Source: Alphaproteobacteria bacterium (GTDB lineage: Bacteria; Pseudomonadota; Alphaproteobacteria; UBA9219; RFNS01). Taken from it: a stretch of 64,000 bases of DNA. The stretch lies in NCBI GenBank assembly GCA_016124955.1, contig WGMR01000008.1, forward strand, positions 18,004 through 82,003, in the 5' to 3' direction. The notes below the pieces were generated by a model. That model worked only from the letters and a program-made list of their open reading frames with translations. It had not been told where the DNA came from and did not search any database. Position 1 is the stretch's first letter; the number at the start of each line of letters is the position of its first letter. Of this stretch, positions 41,554 through 49,917 are shown piece after piece. The position numbers and the translations under genes are program-made.

Positions 41554-43518
41554 ATGCGCAGCGCAGCCTATCGCCACCCCACATCTTTCGCCAAGCCGTT
41601 CCTTGGCGAAACCGCATCGAAGCTGGAAGAAGCGATCGATGCAGGCACGGGCGCGCTCATGGCCGTGCAGCATGCCGATGGTCATTTTGCCTTCGAACTT
41701 GAAGCCGATGCCACCATCCCGGCCGAATATATCCTGCTTGAACACTTCCTGAACCGCATCAACAGCCCGCTTGAAGAAAAGATGGCGGTCTATCTGCGCG
41801 GCATACAGGGCAAGCATGGCGGCTGGCCGCTGTTCCATGGCGGCGATTTCAACATCAGCGCCAGCGTGAAGGCCTATTACGCGCTGAAATGCGTGGGCGA
41901 CGATATCGATGCACCGCATATGCGCGCGGCGCGTGAAGCGATCCTGCAACATGGCGGCGCCGAAACCAGCAATGTGTTCACCCGCATTCAGCTCGCGCTG
42001 TTCGGCGCGGTGCCGTGGAAGGCCGTGCCGGTGATGCCGGTTGAAATTATGTTCCTGCCGCGCTGGTTCCCGTTCCACCTCAGCAAGGTTTCCTACTGGT
42101 CGCGCACCGTGATCGTGCCGTTGCTGGTGCTGATGGCGCGCAAGCCGCAAGCGATCAACCCCCGTGGCGTGCGCGTGGACGAACTGTTCATCACCCCGCC
42201 GGACCAGGTGCGCAACTGGCACAGCAACAACAACAAATCGGCGCTGGTGCCCGTGTTCCGTGCGATTGATGCGGTGCTGCGCTTCGCCGAACCGCTGATG
42301 CCGCGCCGTCTGCGCCAGAAGGCGATCGATAGCTGCGTCGCTTGGGTGCGCGAACGGTTGAACGGCGATGACGGCCTCGGCGCGATTTACCCCGCCATGG
42401 CCAATGCGGTGATGATGTTCCGCCTGCTTGGTTATGCCGATGACCATGAAGATGCGGCCATCGCCTGGAAAGCCGTGCAAAAGCTGATTGTGGAAGAAGA
42501 GGGCAGCGCCTATTGCCAGCCTTGCCTTTCGCCGGTGTGGGATACGGCGCTGGCTGTCCATGCGCTGCTTGAAACCGGCGGCGATGCCACGGGCGCCGCC
42601 GCGCGCGCGTGCGAATGGATGAAAGGCAAGCAGGTGACGGAATTGAAGGGCGATTGGGCCGTCATGCGCCCCGATGCCACGCCGGGCGGCTGGGCCTTCC
42701 AGTATGAAAACCCGCATTATCCCGATCTCGATGATACCGCGGTGGTCGCCATGGCGCTTGATCGCTTCGATTGGCGCACCTACCGCCCGCAGCTGACCCT
42801 GGCCGAAGAATGGGTCATGGGCATGCAATCGAAGAACGGTGGCTGGGGCGCATTCGATGCCGACAACACCTGTTATTATTTGAACCATATTCCGTTCGCC
42901 GATCACGGCGCGCTGCTCGATCCGCCCACCGCCGACGTGACCGCGCGTTGCGTGAGCATGATGGCGCAGCTCGGTTACCCCAAGGAACATCCGCAGATGG
43001 TTCGCGCGCTTGATTATCTGCGCCGCGAACAGGAACCGGAAGGCTGCTGGTTCGGCCGCTGGGGCACCAACTATATCTATGGCACATGGTCGGTGCTGTG
43101 CGCGCTGAACGCCGCCGGCGTCGCGCCAAGCGACCCGATGGTGCGCAAGGCCGTGCGCTGGCTTATCGCCAAGCAGCGGCCCGATGGCGGCTGGGGCGAA
43201 GACGGCGCCAGCTATATGCCCGGCCAGCCCAAGGGCGAAGGCAAGGCCAGCACGCCTTCGCAAACCGCATGGGCGCTGCTCGGTCTCATGGCGGCGGGCG
43301 AACGTGAAACCCCTGCGCTCGCGCGCGGCGTCGATCACCTGCTCGCTACCCAGAACGCCAAGGGCCAGTGGGATGAAAAATATTACAACGCGGTCGGGTT
43401 TCCGCGCGTCTTTTACCTAAGCTACCACGGCTACAAGGCTTTCTTCCCGCTGTGGGCGCTGGCGCGTTACCGCAACCTGCAGCAAACCAATATGCCTAAA
43501 ATCATGCACGGCATGTGA
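41554..43518 (+). CDS. shc: Squalene-hopene cyclase
   Basis: 654 aa with QW repeats and the catalytic DxDD motif (DLDDTAVV). Confidence 0.9.
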   Translation: MRSAAYRHPTSFAKPFLGETASKLEEAIDAGTGALMAVQHADGHFAFELEADATIPAEYILLEHFLNRINSPLEEKMAVYLRGIQGKHGGWPLFHGGDFNISASVKAYYALKCVGDDIDAPHMRAAREAILQHGGAETSNVFTRIQLALFGAVPWKAVPVMPVEIMFLPRWFPFHLSKVSYWSRTVIVPLLVLMARKPQAINPRGVRVDELFITPPDQVRNWHSNNNKSALVPVFRAIDAVLRFAEPLMPRRLRQKAIDSCVAWVRERLNGDDGLGAIYPAMANAVMMFRLLGYADDHEDAAIAWKAVQKLIVEEEGSAYCQPCLSPVWDTALAVHALLETGGDATGAAARACEWMKGKQVTELKGDWAVMRPDATPGGWAFQYENPHYPDLDDTAVVAMALDRFDWRTYRPQLTLAEEWVMGMQSKNGGWGAFDADNTCYYLNHIPFADHGALLDPPTADVTARCVSMMAQLGYPKEHPQMVRALDYLRREQEPEGCWFGRWGTNYIYGTWSVLCALNAAGVAPSDPMVRKAVRWLIAKQRPDGGWGEDGASYMPGQPKGEGKASTPSQTAWALLGLMAAGERETPALARGVDHLLATQNAKGQWDEKYYNAVGFPRVFYLSYHGYKAFFPLWALARYRNLQQTNMPKIMHGM

Positions 43519-44207
43519 TCGCCATGGCCGGGCTTGCCGACAAAGGCGCGCAAAAACCGGCCACGGTTACGGTCGGCATTGTCACCGGCCTCGCGAAGGA
43601 ATCCGTGATCGCGCGCAAGCTGGCGGGCGGCAAGGTCGCCTGCGCCGCTGCCGTGCCGCAAAACGCGCGCTGGCTTTCGCGCAAGCTGATCGCGGACGAA
43701 GGCGCGACCCGCCTTCTAAGCTTCGGCATCTGCGGCGCGCTTGAACCCGGCTTGCCGCCGGGCTCGCTGATCATCGGCAGCCAGGTGGTGGCGCGCACCG
43801 GCAAATGGGACGCCGATGCCACATGGCTGCGCGAACTGATGGAAAAGCTGCCCGCCGCGCATATCGGCCCCGTCTGGGGCGCGGAGCGCATTGCGGGCAC
43901 GCTGGCGGCCAAGCGCCACCTTTATCAAAGCACCCAATGCCTCGCGGTCGATACCGAAAGCCATTGCGTGGCGCAGGCGGCGCAGGAAGCGCGCGTACCG
44001 TTCGCGGTCGTGCGTGCGGTGTGCGATACGGCGGAACAGCCGCTGCCTTCGGCCGCGCTGGTGCCGCTGCGCGCCGATGGCGCGCCGGATCTGCCGGGAA
44101 TTTTCCGTGATTTGCTGCGCCGCCCGGGGCAGCTGCGTGCGCTGATCGCGCTCGCGCGCGCCAGCAACCGGGCGTTCAAGGCGCTCGGGACTTTAACGTC
44201 GATTTAG
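43515..44207 (+). CDS. hpnG: Hopanoid-associated phosphorylase/nucleosidase HpnG (PNP/MTAN family)
   Basis: 230 aa with purine-nucleoside-phosphorylase-like fold motifs. The GTG start overlaps the shc stop; an alternative ATG lies at 43524. Confidence 0.7.
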   Translation: MIAMAGLADKGAQKPATVTVGIVTGLAKESVIARKLAGGKVACAAAVPQNARWLSRKLIADEGATRLLSFGICGALEPGLPPGSLIIGSQVVARTGKWDADATWLRELMEKLPAAHIGPVWGAERIAGTLAAKRHLYQSTQCLAVDTESHCVAQAAQEARVPFAVVRAVCDTAEQPLPSAALVPLRADGAPDLPGIFRDLLRRPGQLRALIALARASNRAFKALGTLTSI

Positions 44208-44662
44208 CTGCCGGGGCCGCCGCTAAGGCTGGTGCCGGGTTCGCGATGCGGGCCCATATAGGGCGCGTCGGATCTCATAAAGCTCAGGCCACGTTCACCG
44301 CCAATCCCCAGCGTGCTGACCACCTTGCCGGAGACGGGGTCGAACATCGGCGCGCCGGGAATGCGGAGCAAATCGGCCTGCGGCGTTTCGGCGGTGACGC
44401 TTATGGTGGTAGCGGTCGCTTCTTGTCTCGGCGGCAGCGGCGCGGCGCGCACGGTATCGGGTGGCAGGGTCAGTTCGCTCCCCGCCCTGCGGACCGGGGC
44501 AGTGGTATCATGGCGCGCAGGCCTCATATCGCCCAAGAAGGCGAAGGTAAAAGCAAAGGCGGCCAGCCATGCGCCCGACGAACGCCAGAAAGGCTTGTTG
44601 CTGGCTCCGGTGACAATCACAGGCTCCATAACGGGTTGGTTTGCGGGTCTCATGGGCAACAA
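44204..44662 (-). CDS. Hypothetical membrane-anchored protein (152 aa)
   Basis: Single TM helix (SGAWLAAFAFTFAFLG), Pro-rich linker, C-terminal FDPVSGKVVSTLGIGGERGLSFMRSDAPY. Convergent 4-nt overlap with hpnG. Confidence 0.3.
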   Translation of the reverse strand: MLPMRPANQPVMEPVIVTGASNKPFWRSSGAWLAAFAFTFAFLGDMRPARHDTTAPVRRAGSELTLPPDTVRAAPLPPRQEATATTISVTAETPQADLLRIPGAPMFDPVSGKVVSTLGIGGERGLSFMRSDAPYMGPHREPGTSLSGGPGS

Positions 44663-44836
44663 AAATCCTTGTTTTTAATTACGCTGCAAGTCTGGAATGC
44701 GCGCAATATAGCCAATCGTGCCGGTTTTTCGACCATAAAAAGGTCTTTACCATTATTTTTAAGTTTATATAAAACAAACACTTGCCGGAACGGCTGCATG
44801 GGGTGGCTCGTGCGGCCCCGAAAGGACCGCTCCCGT

Positions 44837-45452
44837 ATGACCGCGCTGCTTCTCATCTACGCCAAGGGATTCGTCTTCCTCGCTTCGCTGATCGTCGCGA
44901 TTGGCGCGCAGAACGCCTTTCTTTTGCGGCAAGGCATAAGGGGCGAACATGTCTTCCTTGCCGCCTTCGTCAGCCTGCTCGGCGATATCGTGCTCGTTAC
45001 CATCGGTTGTCTTGGTTTGGGCGAACTGATCTCGCACAACAATTTCCTCATCAGCCTGTTCACATGGGGCGGGGCGGCGTTTCTGGCGTGGTATGCGGTT
45101 CGCTCGTTTCGCAGCGCGCTGCGCCCGCAGGCGCTTGAGGCGGGCGCGGTGAAGGCCTTCAGCCGCCGCGCTGTTATCTTCACCGCGCTGGCCGTCAGCT
45201 GGCTCAACCCGCACTCCCTGCTCGATACCGTTGTGCTGGTGGGTGGCGTTTCGGGGCACTATGCGGGGCTGGAACGTTTCGCTTATGCGGCGGGCGCGCT
45301 TACAGCTTCGGCTACATGGTTTTTTGGCCTTGCCTATGGCGCCCGCGCTGGCGAAGCCGAAAACATGGCGCGCGATTGACAGCATCATCGGCGCGATGAT
45401 GCTCGCGCTTTCCGTTTCACTGATATTGGATGGGCTGGCGCTGGCGGCTTAG
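44837..45452 (+). pseudogene. LysE/ArgO-family amino-acid exporter, disrupted by a +1 frameshift at a T6 homopolymer (45320-45325)
   Basis: Frame 1 from the ATG at 44837 ends ...ATWFFGLAYGARAGEAENMARD* at 45379. The canonical C-terminus LAKPKTWRAIDSIIGAMMLALSVSLILDG is encoded in the +1 frame (ORF 45231..45452). Compare E. coli ArgO ...[30 protein letters not shown]. Confidence 0.6.
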
Positions 45453-45874
45453 TCGACTTCGTGTGCTGTCAAGAACAAGGATTTCTCAAGCGCGGCAAAA
45501 AACTGCTGATACGGTTCCGGGTCTTCTACGGCGACCACGTTATATTGTGCGTTGGCTCTGACAAGGCATTGTTTCTTGTCTTTGTCTCTGACCGTAACCG
45601 TCATACGCATCTGGTAGCCATCCAGTTTTGTTCCGCTGACAGAACCGAGAACGGCATCAGCCTTGTCGATCACAAAGCCAAGATCCTGGAGCGTCGCAAT
45701 AATGGTGCGTAGCATCTTTTACTGGTCGGTTGTATCAAACGACCTGCTTTGGATGCTGCGAAGCTGGACCTGCGATTCCGATGTGGCAAGTACTTGGTTA
45801 CGACTATCTGTCTGACATGCGCTAAGCGATAGCAAGGCAACAAGGCAGCAGGTCGTGGTGAGCAGCTTGGGCAT
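45449..45874 (-). pseudogene. Lipoprotein (paralog of 45885..46424) interrupted by an in-frame TAA
   Basis: ORFs 45719..45958 (signal peptide, LSACQ lipobox) and 45449..45715 are in the same frame, separated only by TAA (45719-45721) plus one codon. The start is the MPKLL ATG at 45874 with a GAGG SD. The C-terminus ends FLTAHEVD, as in the upstream paralog. Confidence 0.5.
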
Positions 45875-45884
45875 AGCGACCTCG

Positions 45885-46424
45885 TTATATTTCATGGGCG
45901 GTGAGAAACACCGATTCAGAGAGTTGGTCAAAAAACTTCTGGTACATTTCAGGATCATTCAAGAATTCGGTTTTGCTTACTTGGTTCTGGGTATTCCAAA
46001 CAATGCGTTGGAAGGTAACGCGTACGGCAGTTTGTTTTGTGCCGGAGGGTTTGGACACAAGGCTAACGCGGATTTTCTGGTTCTTATCAATTGGCACGGC
46101 TACGCCAAACAGCACCGCCATCACCACTGCGCCTACAACCTGACCGGTTTCAGTTGCATCACGGTCTTTTGACCCGACAATCAGCCCTAGCTTGGTTTCG
46201 CTTTCTTCAAGCGTAAAGCCAAGGTCTTGCAGAACCTGAGCGCTTGCGGTTAACAGCTTGGTTTCATGCTTGGTGTCGAACAGGCGAGTTTGTAGTTGCC
46301 TGTCTTCAAGGCTTTCTTCCTTCAGCAGTAAGGCGTCTTTCGGAATAACGGGCTGGCAGGCAGACAGGGATATTGCCGCGATAACGGCTGCTACCATTTT
46401 CGCGCTAAAACGTTTCTTTCTCAT
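45885..46424 (-). CDS. Lipoprotein of unknown function (179 aa)
   Basis: Signal peptide with lipobox ISLSAC. Shares N-terminal (LQ.R.FDT...) and C-terminal (LQDLGF ... FLTAHEI) blocks with the downstream disrupted copy. Region is lower in GC than the host. Confidence 0.55.
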   Translation of the reverse strand: MRKKRFSAKMVAAVIAAISLSACQPVIPKDALLLKEESLEDRQLQTRLFDTKHETKLLTASAQVLQDLGFTLEESETKLGLIVGSKDRDATETGQVVGAVVMAVLFGVAVPIDKNQKIRVSLVSKPSGTKQTAVRVTFQRIVWNTQNQVSKTEFLNDPEMYQKFFDQLSESVFLTAHEI

Positions 46425-46430
46425 GTTGTT

Positions 46431-46883
46431 CTAAAAGCTGGAGGAGCGGTAGGCGAAGTCACGTACTTTGCTTTGATTATCAAATTTGATGATGATTGTA
46501 AGTGTGCGCTGACTTGTGGATGTTGCGCCAGCGGTAGAGCCATAGTTGCCACCAAGCCCCCCGCCCAGCAGCGCGCCGCCCGCAAGTCCGCCACCGAGGA
46601 ATAGGGTGTTCACGCCACCCGACGATGCCGAGTAGGCCTTTTCGGTAGAGATTTTGTCATACACCCAGGTTTCGCGCCGTTGATCGTCCGTCGTCACCAT
46701 GTTCGGGGAGCCAAGCACGGTCACGACATCGGAAGAACTCATGCCGACACTGATTTCTCTTTGAACGGTTCCAACCGTCAGCCTGTCTGTATCGTTGTTG
46801 GCAACGGCGGCGCGATGTTCTTGTGCCGTGGTGCAAGCCGAAAGCGCAATGGACAACATAATTGCAAGAAACCGATGCTTCAT
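46431..46883 (-). CDS. Lipoprotein with BamE/SmpA-OmlA-like core and Gly-rich insert (150 aa)
   Basis: Signal peptide with lipobox LSACT. Motif VQREISVGMSSSDVVTVLGSP ... LTIIIKFDNQSKVRDF resembles the SmpA/OmlA fold. A GGGLAGGALLGGGLGG stretch is inserted. Confidence 0.5.
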   Translation of the reverse strand: MKHRFLAIMLSIALSACTTAQEHRAAVANNDTDRLTVGTVQREISVGMSSSDVVTVLGSPNMVTTDDQRRETWVYDKISTEKAYSASSGGVNTLFLGGGLAGGALLGGGLGGNYGSTAGATSTSQRTLTIIIKFDNQSKVRDFAYRSSSF

Positions 46884-46988
46884 AGGATTTCCCCCTAGTG
46901 TGAGGGCTTAACCGTAGCTATCAGTATGCAAGTCGTCAATTATAGGAAAACCCTGAAATCACAACACATTAATGTATGCGGTGACTGC

Positions 46989-48185
46989 TTATTCCGCCGC
47001 GTGCGTAAAGGCTTTGGAGGTGCCGGGGGCCGCCGCTTTTTCCTCGCGCTTCATTTTGTCGGCATGGATCGCGCCCATGGCATCGGCCACCTGCTTGTCG
47101 AACATCCATTCGGCCTTGCGCTGTTTGGTCAGGTCGATTTCGGGCGCCATCGGGCCTTCGGTGCGCGGGCCGCGGATGCTGAGCATGAAAGACCGCACCG
47201 GGTGGTTCATCGCCGCTTCGGCCGCAGTGGGTTCGTAGCCCGAATGCACCATGCAGTTGGCGCACTTTTCATAATTACCGGTGCCGTATTTTTCCCATTC
47301 GGTGGTTTCGAGCAATTCCTTATAGGTCTTGGCGAAGCCTTCACCGAGCAGGTAGCAAGGACGTTGCCAGCCGAACACGTTGCGCGTGGGCAGGCCCCAT
47401 GGCGTGCAATGATATTCCTGGTTGCCGGCAAGGAAATCGACATAGTTCGAAGAAACGCTGAAACGCCACTTCTGCTTGCCCTGCTTTTCGCTTTGCTGGC
47501 CGCGGCGCAGCACGTCGCGGAACAGTTCCTTGGTCGCCTTGCGGCTCAGGAAATGCTCCTGATCCGGCGCGCGTTCATACGCATAGCCGGGCGAAACCGT
47601 GATCGCGTTGATGCCCATGTCCATGACGCTGTCGAAGAACGCGGCCACGCGTTCCGGCACCGCATTGTTGAACAGCGTGCAATTGATGTTGACGCGGAAG
47701 CCGCGTGCGATCGCTTTCTTGATCGCGCTTACGGCCTTGTCATAGACGCCGTCCTGGCAGACCGATTTGTCGTGCTCCGTCTTCAGCCCGTCCAGATGCA
47801 CCGACCAGGTGAAATAGGGCGAAGGCTGGTACTGGTCCATCTTCTTTTCCATCAACAGGGCGTTGGTGCAAAGATAGACATACTTCTTGCGCGCGATGAT
47901 GCCGGCCACGATCTGCGGCATTTCCTTGTGCAGCAGCGGCTCGCCGCCGGGGATCGAAACCACGGGCGCGCCGCATTCATCGACCGCCTCAAGGCACTCC
48001 TCGACGCTCAGGCGCTTGTTGAGAATCTCGTCGGGGTAATCGATCTTGCCGCAACCGGCGCAAGCGAGGTTGCAACGGAACAACGGCTCGAGCATCAGCA
48101 CGAGCGGGTAGTATTTATTTCCCGCAATCTTCTGCTTGATGATGTAGGAGCCGACATCGAAAACTTGTCGCAACGGAACCGACAC
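46989..48185 (-). CDS. hpnH: Adenosyl-hopene transferase (radical SAM)
   Basis: 398 aa. Radical SAM CNLACAGC motif near the N-terminus. HpnH family. Confidence 0.85.
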   Translation of the reverse strand: MSVPLRQVFDVGSYIIKQKIAGNKYYPLVLMLEPLFRCNLACAGCGKIDYPDEILNKRLSVEECLEAVDECGAPVVSIPGGEPLLHKEMPQIVAGIIARKKYVYLCTNALLMEKKMDQYQPSPYFTWSVHLDGLKTEHDKSVCQDGVYDKAVSAIKKAIARGFRVNINCTLFNNAVPERVAAFFDSVMDMGINAITVSPGYAYERAPDQEHFLSRKATKELFRDVLRRGQQSEKQGKQKWRFSVSSNYVDFLAGNQEYHCTPWGLPTRNVFGWQRPCYLLGEGFAKTYKELLETTEWEKYGTGNYEKCANCMVHSGYEPTAAEAAMNHPVRSFMLSIRGPRTEGPMAPEIDLTKQRKAEWMFDKQVADAMGAIHADKMKREEKAAAPGTSKAFTHAAE

Positions 48186-48387
48186 TTGATCCTATCCTTC
48201 CCGGAGTCGTAATAAGCGAAAAAGCAAGCCGCGTTTCTACCGCATACGGCTTTGTATTGTCTAGGTTTTTTGCAAGCCGGCCGTTCGGCCCGTGCTTCCG
48301 GTGCCGGGCCATAATATAAGGGGCTTCAAGGGCTTACCGGCTCCCTGCAACAGCGGCGGGTTTTTGTGCTGCCGCCTGCGGCAAGGG

Positions 48388-49338
48388 TCAAGCGGCGGTG
48401 GTCGTGCGCGGCTCGGCCTTGGTCAGCTTCATCGGCAGACGGAAATGGACGCTTTCTTCCTTGCCGGGCAGCAGCGAGATTTCCACGGCCTCGATCTGGC
48501 GTAGCCGCTCGATCAATCCCTGTACAAGGTCTTCGGGGGCCGAAGCGCCGGCGGTGATACCCACAACCTTTTTGCCCGCCAGCCATGCCGGGTCCAGCTT
48601 GCTGGCGTCTTCGATCAGATAGGCGTCCACGCCTTCTTCGCGCGCGCATTCTTCAAGCCGGCTGGAATTCGAGCTGTTGCGCGCGCCAATCACCAGCACA
48701 ACATCCACATGCTTGGCCAGTTCGCGCACCGCTTCCTGGCGGTTCTGCGTGGCGTAGCAAATATCCTTGGTGGCCGGGCCGATGATGTTCGGGAAGCGCT
48801 TCTTCAGCGCTTCGATCATTTCCTTGGTGTCATCGAGCGAAAGCGTGGTTTGCGTAATATAAGCGAGCTTGTCCGGGTCGGCGACCTGCAGCGTTCCCAC
48901 ATCTTCCACTTCGGAAACCAGATGCACGCGGCCGGGCACGCGGCCGAGCGTGCCTTCCACTTCCGGGTGGCCGTCATGGCCGATCATGATGATTTCATAG
49001 CCTTGCTTGGCGTAGCGCTGGCCTTCCTTGTGCACCTTTTCCACGAGCGGGCAGGTAGCGTCGATGATATCGAGCCCGCGCTCGATCCCGTGCTTTTCAA
49101 CTTTTTCGGAAACGCCGTGGGCGGAAAAGATAGTGACGGCGCCTTCGGGGATCTGGTCGGTTTCCTCGACGAACACGGCGCCCTTGGCGCGCAGCCGTTC
49201 GACCACATGCGGGTTGTGCACGATTTCGTGCCGCACATAGACCGGGCGGCCGAATTTCTCCAGCGCCATCTCGACGATGGCGATTGCGCGCTCGACACCG
49301 GCGCAGAAACCGCGGGGCTGGGCCAGAACTACCTTCAT
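48388..49338 (-). CDS. ispH: 4-hydroxy-3-methylbut-2-enyl diphosphate reductase
   Basis: 316 aa. IspH/LytB conserved Cys ligands (GFCAGV, ATCPLV). Confidence 0.9.
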   Translation of the reverse strand: MKVVLAQPRGFCAGVERAIAIVEMALEKFGRPVYVRHEIVHNPHVVERLRAKGAVFVEETDQIPEGAVTIFSAHGVSEKVEKHGIERGLDIIDATCPLVEKVHKEGQRYAKQGYEIIMIGHDGHPEVEGTLGRVPGRVHLVSEVEDVGTLQVADPDKLAYITQTTLSLDDTKEMIEALKKRFPNIIGPATKDICYATQNRQEAVRELAKHVDVVLVIGARNSSNSSRLEECAREEGVDAYLIEDASKLDPAWLAGKKVVGITAGASAPEDLVQGLIERLRQIEAVEISLLPGKEESVHFRLPMKLTKAEPRTTTAA

Positions 49339-49855
49339 CCATCAATCCCTTTTCTAAAATCTTTGCAGGCCCGGAACTTAAAGGAAGCAGGCTTGTAAGT
49401 AAACGAAAACTGTTGCGCGTGCCCATAGCAAAAACCATAATTTTCCAATGCGTTAGGCTGGTCCGCGCGGCTCATGCATCGGGTTTTCGGGTGATTCGTT
49501 TTCTGTTTTGCGGAGGCAAACGGTCCGCTGCCGGGCACAATGAAACCATGTTTGGATCGTATCGATAACGTCATGGACGGACTCAAAATTGCCCACAAGG
49601 GTATTTTTTAGCTGCTACGATCAATATCTAGGTGCCTGGTCAAAAGACGGCCCGTTTTTAACAAAAAAGCAATAAAATTATCAGGTCCTACAGGTAGTTT
49701 TCTAATAACAAAATCAACAACTAACTGAAATTAACCGGGCCTTTGGATAGGGTGTTAAGGCCTGTGTTTGAAAGGTGACAGCGAGCCGAGATGTGGTAGC
49801 ATCCTCGGTCCTAAGATCAATATCTGGTACAAATATCCCCATTTCTCAGTTATAG

Positions 49856-49864
49856 TTATCCACA
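49856..49864 (+). promoter_or_regulatory. Consensus DnaA box TTATCCACA, with an inverted weaker TTATCAACA half (49867-49876), about 55 nt upstream of nrdA
   Basis: Seen in the sequence: agTTATCCACAgtTGTTGATAAc. DnaA boxes in nrdAB promoters are established in E. coli and Caulobacter. Confidence 0.3.
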
Positions 49865-49917
49865 GTTGTTGATAACTTGGATGAAGATCGGTCAGCAACC
49901 GGTGGCAGGAGGTTTTA

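Noticed and set aside
49339-49917. Possible cobalamin riboswitch or SRP-RNA-like element in the long nrdA leader; a ggaacttaaaggaagcagg segment near 49366 superficially recalls the 4.5S RNA motif
   Set aside because: No B12-box core and no conserved GGUCCGGAAGGAAGCAGC SRP helix. A class I (NrdAB) RNR is not expected to carry a B12 riboswitch. Only the DnaA box was kept.
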